Source: Anaerosalibacter massiliensis (lineage in GTDB: Bacteria; Bacillota; Clostridia; Tissierellales; Sporanaerobacteraceae). Taken from it: DNA of 24,000 bases. Position 1 is the stretch's first letter. Every line of letters begins with the position of its first letter. The DNA lies in assembly GCA_000751555.1 (NCBI GenBank), contig CCEZ01000014.1:22302-46301 (forward strand), read 5' to 3'. Below the pieces are notes generated by a model. The model had not been told where the DNA came from. It ran no database searches and saw only the letters and a program-made list of their open reading frames with translations. The translations under genes were made by a program, and so were the position numbers. Shown one piece after another: positions 23,046 to 24,000 of the stretch.

Positions 23046-24000
23046 ATGAAGGCAGCAGTTTACTATGATATTGGAGATATACGATATGAGGAGGTTGACA
23101 AGCCTGCCATTGGTTTTGGAGAAGTGCTTGTTAAGATGGAAGCCTGTGGGCTTTGTGGAACAGATATTCATAAAATGTTACATAAAACTGTAGACACTCC
23201 TGTAGTATTGGGACATGAGGCAGTAGGAAAGATAGTAGAAGTAGGAGATGGAGTAGAAAAATTTAAAGTAGGTGATAGGGTTTTTTTTGCTCACCATGTT
23301 CCATGTTTTACTTGTGAATACTGCATAAGAGAAAAGTATACTTTATGCAATCAATTTAAAGAGACAAATATACATCCAGGTGGATTTTCAGAGTATATCA
23401 GAGTACCAAGATTAAATGTTGAAAATACAATGCATATAATTCCAGAAAGCTTAAGTTATATGGAAGCTACTTTGATTGAACCTTTATCTTGTTGTTTATA
23501 TGGTCTTAAAAAGTTAAATATAAGATATGGAGATAAAGTTTTAATAATGGGTGCTGGACAAGTAGGTGCTCTATTTTGTCAACTTGTAAAAAGTTTAGGT
23601 GTAGGGGAAGTTTTCGTAAGTGATATTTCAGATTATAAATTGGAAAAAATTAAGGATTTTGGAGTTAGCGGAACTATAAACGTATTTGAAGAAAATATAG
23701 TGGATAGCATAAATAAGCTTACAAACAATAAAGGAGTTAATATAGCTATTGTGGCAGCAGGAGTTCCTTCCTTATTAAAGGATGCTATAAATTGTGTTGA
23801 TCGAGGTGGACAAGTTCTAGTGTTTTCTCCATTTAACTCTGAGACACTTATGGAAATAGATGGAGATAAGTTTTTCAATGATGAAATATCTGTAATAGGT
23901 AGCTATTCCTCTACTCCATATGAGTATGATATTGGAATGAATATGATTGCCAATAAAGAAATAGATGGAAATAAAATGATAACCCATGTTTTAAAACTTT
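23046..24000 (+). CDS. Zn-dependent medium-chain dehydrogenase (sorbitol / galactitol-1-phosphate / threonine dehydrogenase-like), 3' end beyond the window; absent from the ORF track
   Basis: ATG 23046 follows GGAGG. The product begins MKAAVYYDIGDIRYEEVDKPAIGFGEVLVKMEACGLCGTDIHKM...VLGHEAVGKIVEVG...GDRVFFAHHVPCFTCEYC...IMGAGQVGALF. Catalytic and structural Zn ligands and the GxGxxG motif are present. The frame is open to position 24000. Confidence 0.85.
   Translation, partial: MKAAVYYDIGDIRYEEVDKPAIGFGEVLVKMEACGLCGTDIHKMLHKTVDTPVVLGHEAVGKIVEVGDGVEKFKVGDRVFFAHHVPCFTCEYCIREKYTLCNQFKETNIHPGGFSEYIRVPRLNVENTMHIIPESLSYMEATLIEPLSCCLYGLKKLNIRYGDKVLIMGAGQVGALFCQLVKSLGVGEVFVSDISDYKLEKIKDFGVSGTINVFEENIVDSINKLTNNKGVNIAIVAAGVPSLLKDAINCVDRGGQVLVFSPFNSETLMEIDGDKFFNDEISVIGSYSSTPYEYDIGMNMIANKEIDGNKMITHVLKL

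Noticed and set aside
2122-23878. Antisense shadow ORFs listed in the track (2122-2331, 3401-3592, 6701-6901, 9326-9592, 13604-13786, 15787-16017, 16549-16734, 19884-20117, 21312-21749, 22260-22460, 23633-23878, all minus strand)
   Set aside because: Each lies wholly or largely inside a well-supported plus-strand gene. They lack ribosome-binding sites and give low-complexity translations typical of antisense frames.
1-24000. Search for CRISPR arrays, transposases/IS ends, integrases, tRNA/rRNA genes and defence-system gene clusters
   Set aside because: I could recognise no spaced direct-repeat arrays, no transposase- or integrase-like ORFs, no tRNA-like cloverleaf regions and no nuclease/ATPase/methylase defence-type genes. 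All large ORFs have metabolic, transport, regulatory or flagellar assignments.

Overview
AT-rich Firmicute (Clostridia-like) chromosomal window, almost entirely plus-strand genes.

Gene content, left to right:
- 1-829 (-): a truncated hypothetical gene missing from the ORF track.
- 1238-2407: a flagellin gene with two tandem sigma-D/sigma-28-type promoters and a CsrA-type leader.
- 2853-3098 (-): a small HTH-like ORF.
- 3462-4622: a Gate-domain membrane protein.
- 5412-13045: a PRD-regulator-controlled lactose/cellobiose-family PTS locus. Its cargo genes are a GrdB-N-terminal-like protein, an M20 peptidase and a glycosylasparaginase-like Ntn hydrolase.
- 13323-17770: a sigma-54 enhancer-binding protein, then a -24/-12 promoter, a decayed opine-dehydrogenase remnant, an NhaC-family transporter and an alanine dehydrogenase-family gene.
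- 18175-18750: a Qnr-like pentapeptide-repeat protein.
- 19540-24000: a second sigma-54 unit, comprising a LevR-like activator behind its own -24/-12 promoter, an EIIA-2 and a truncated Zn-dependent dehydrogenase missing from the ORF track.

The most interesting signal is at the 3' end of the flagellin gene. A 410-nt, relatively GC-richer insert (2363-2772) carries the group I intron core: P, Q, R and S elements, P3/P4/P6/P7 pairings, a U-G wobble at the 5' splice site and a terminal G. It interrupts the last 14 codons.

The intron's own 5' end encodes an in-frame surrogate C-terminus plus stop. Unspliced and spliced mRNAs would therefore both encode 389-aa flagellins that differ at three C-terminal residues.

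No rRNA, tRNA, CRISPR array, transposase or obvious prophage content was seen.
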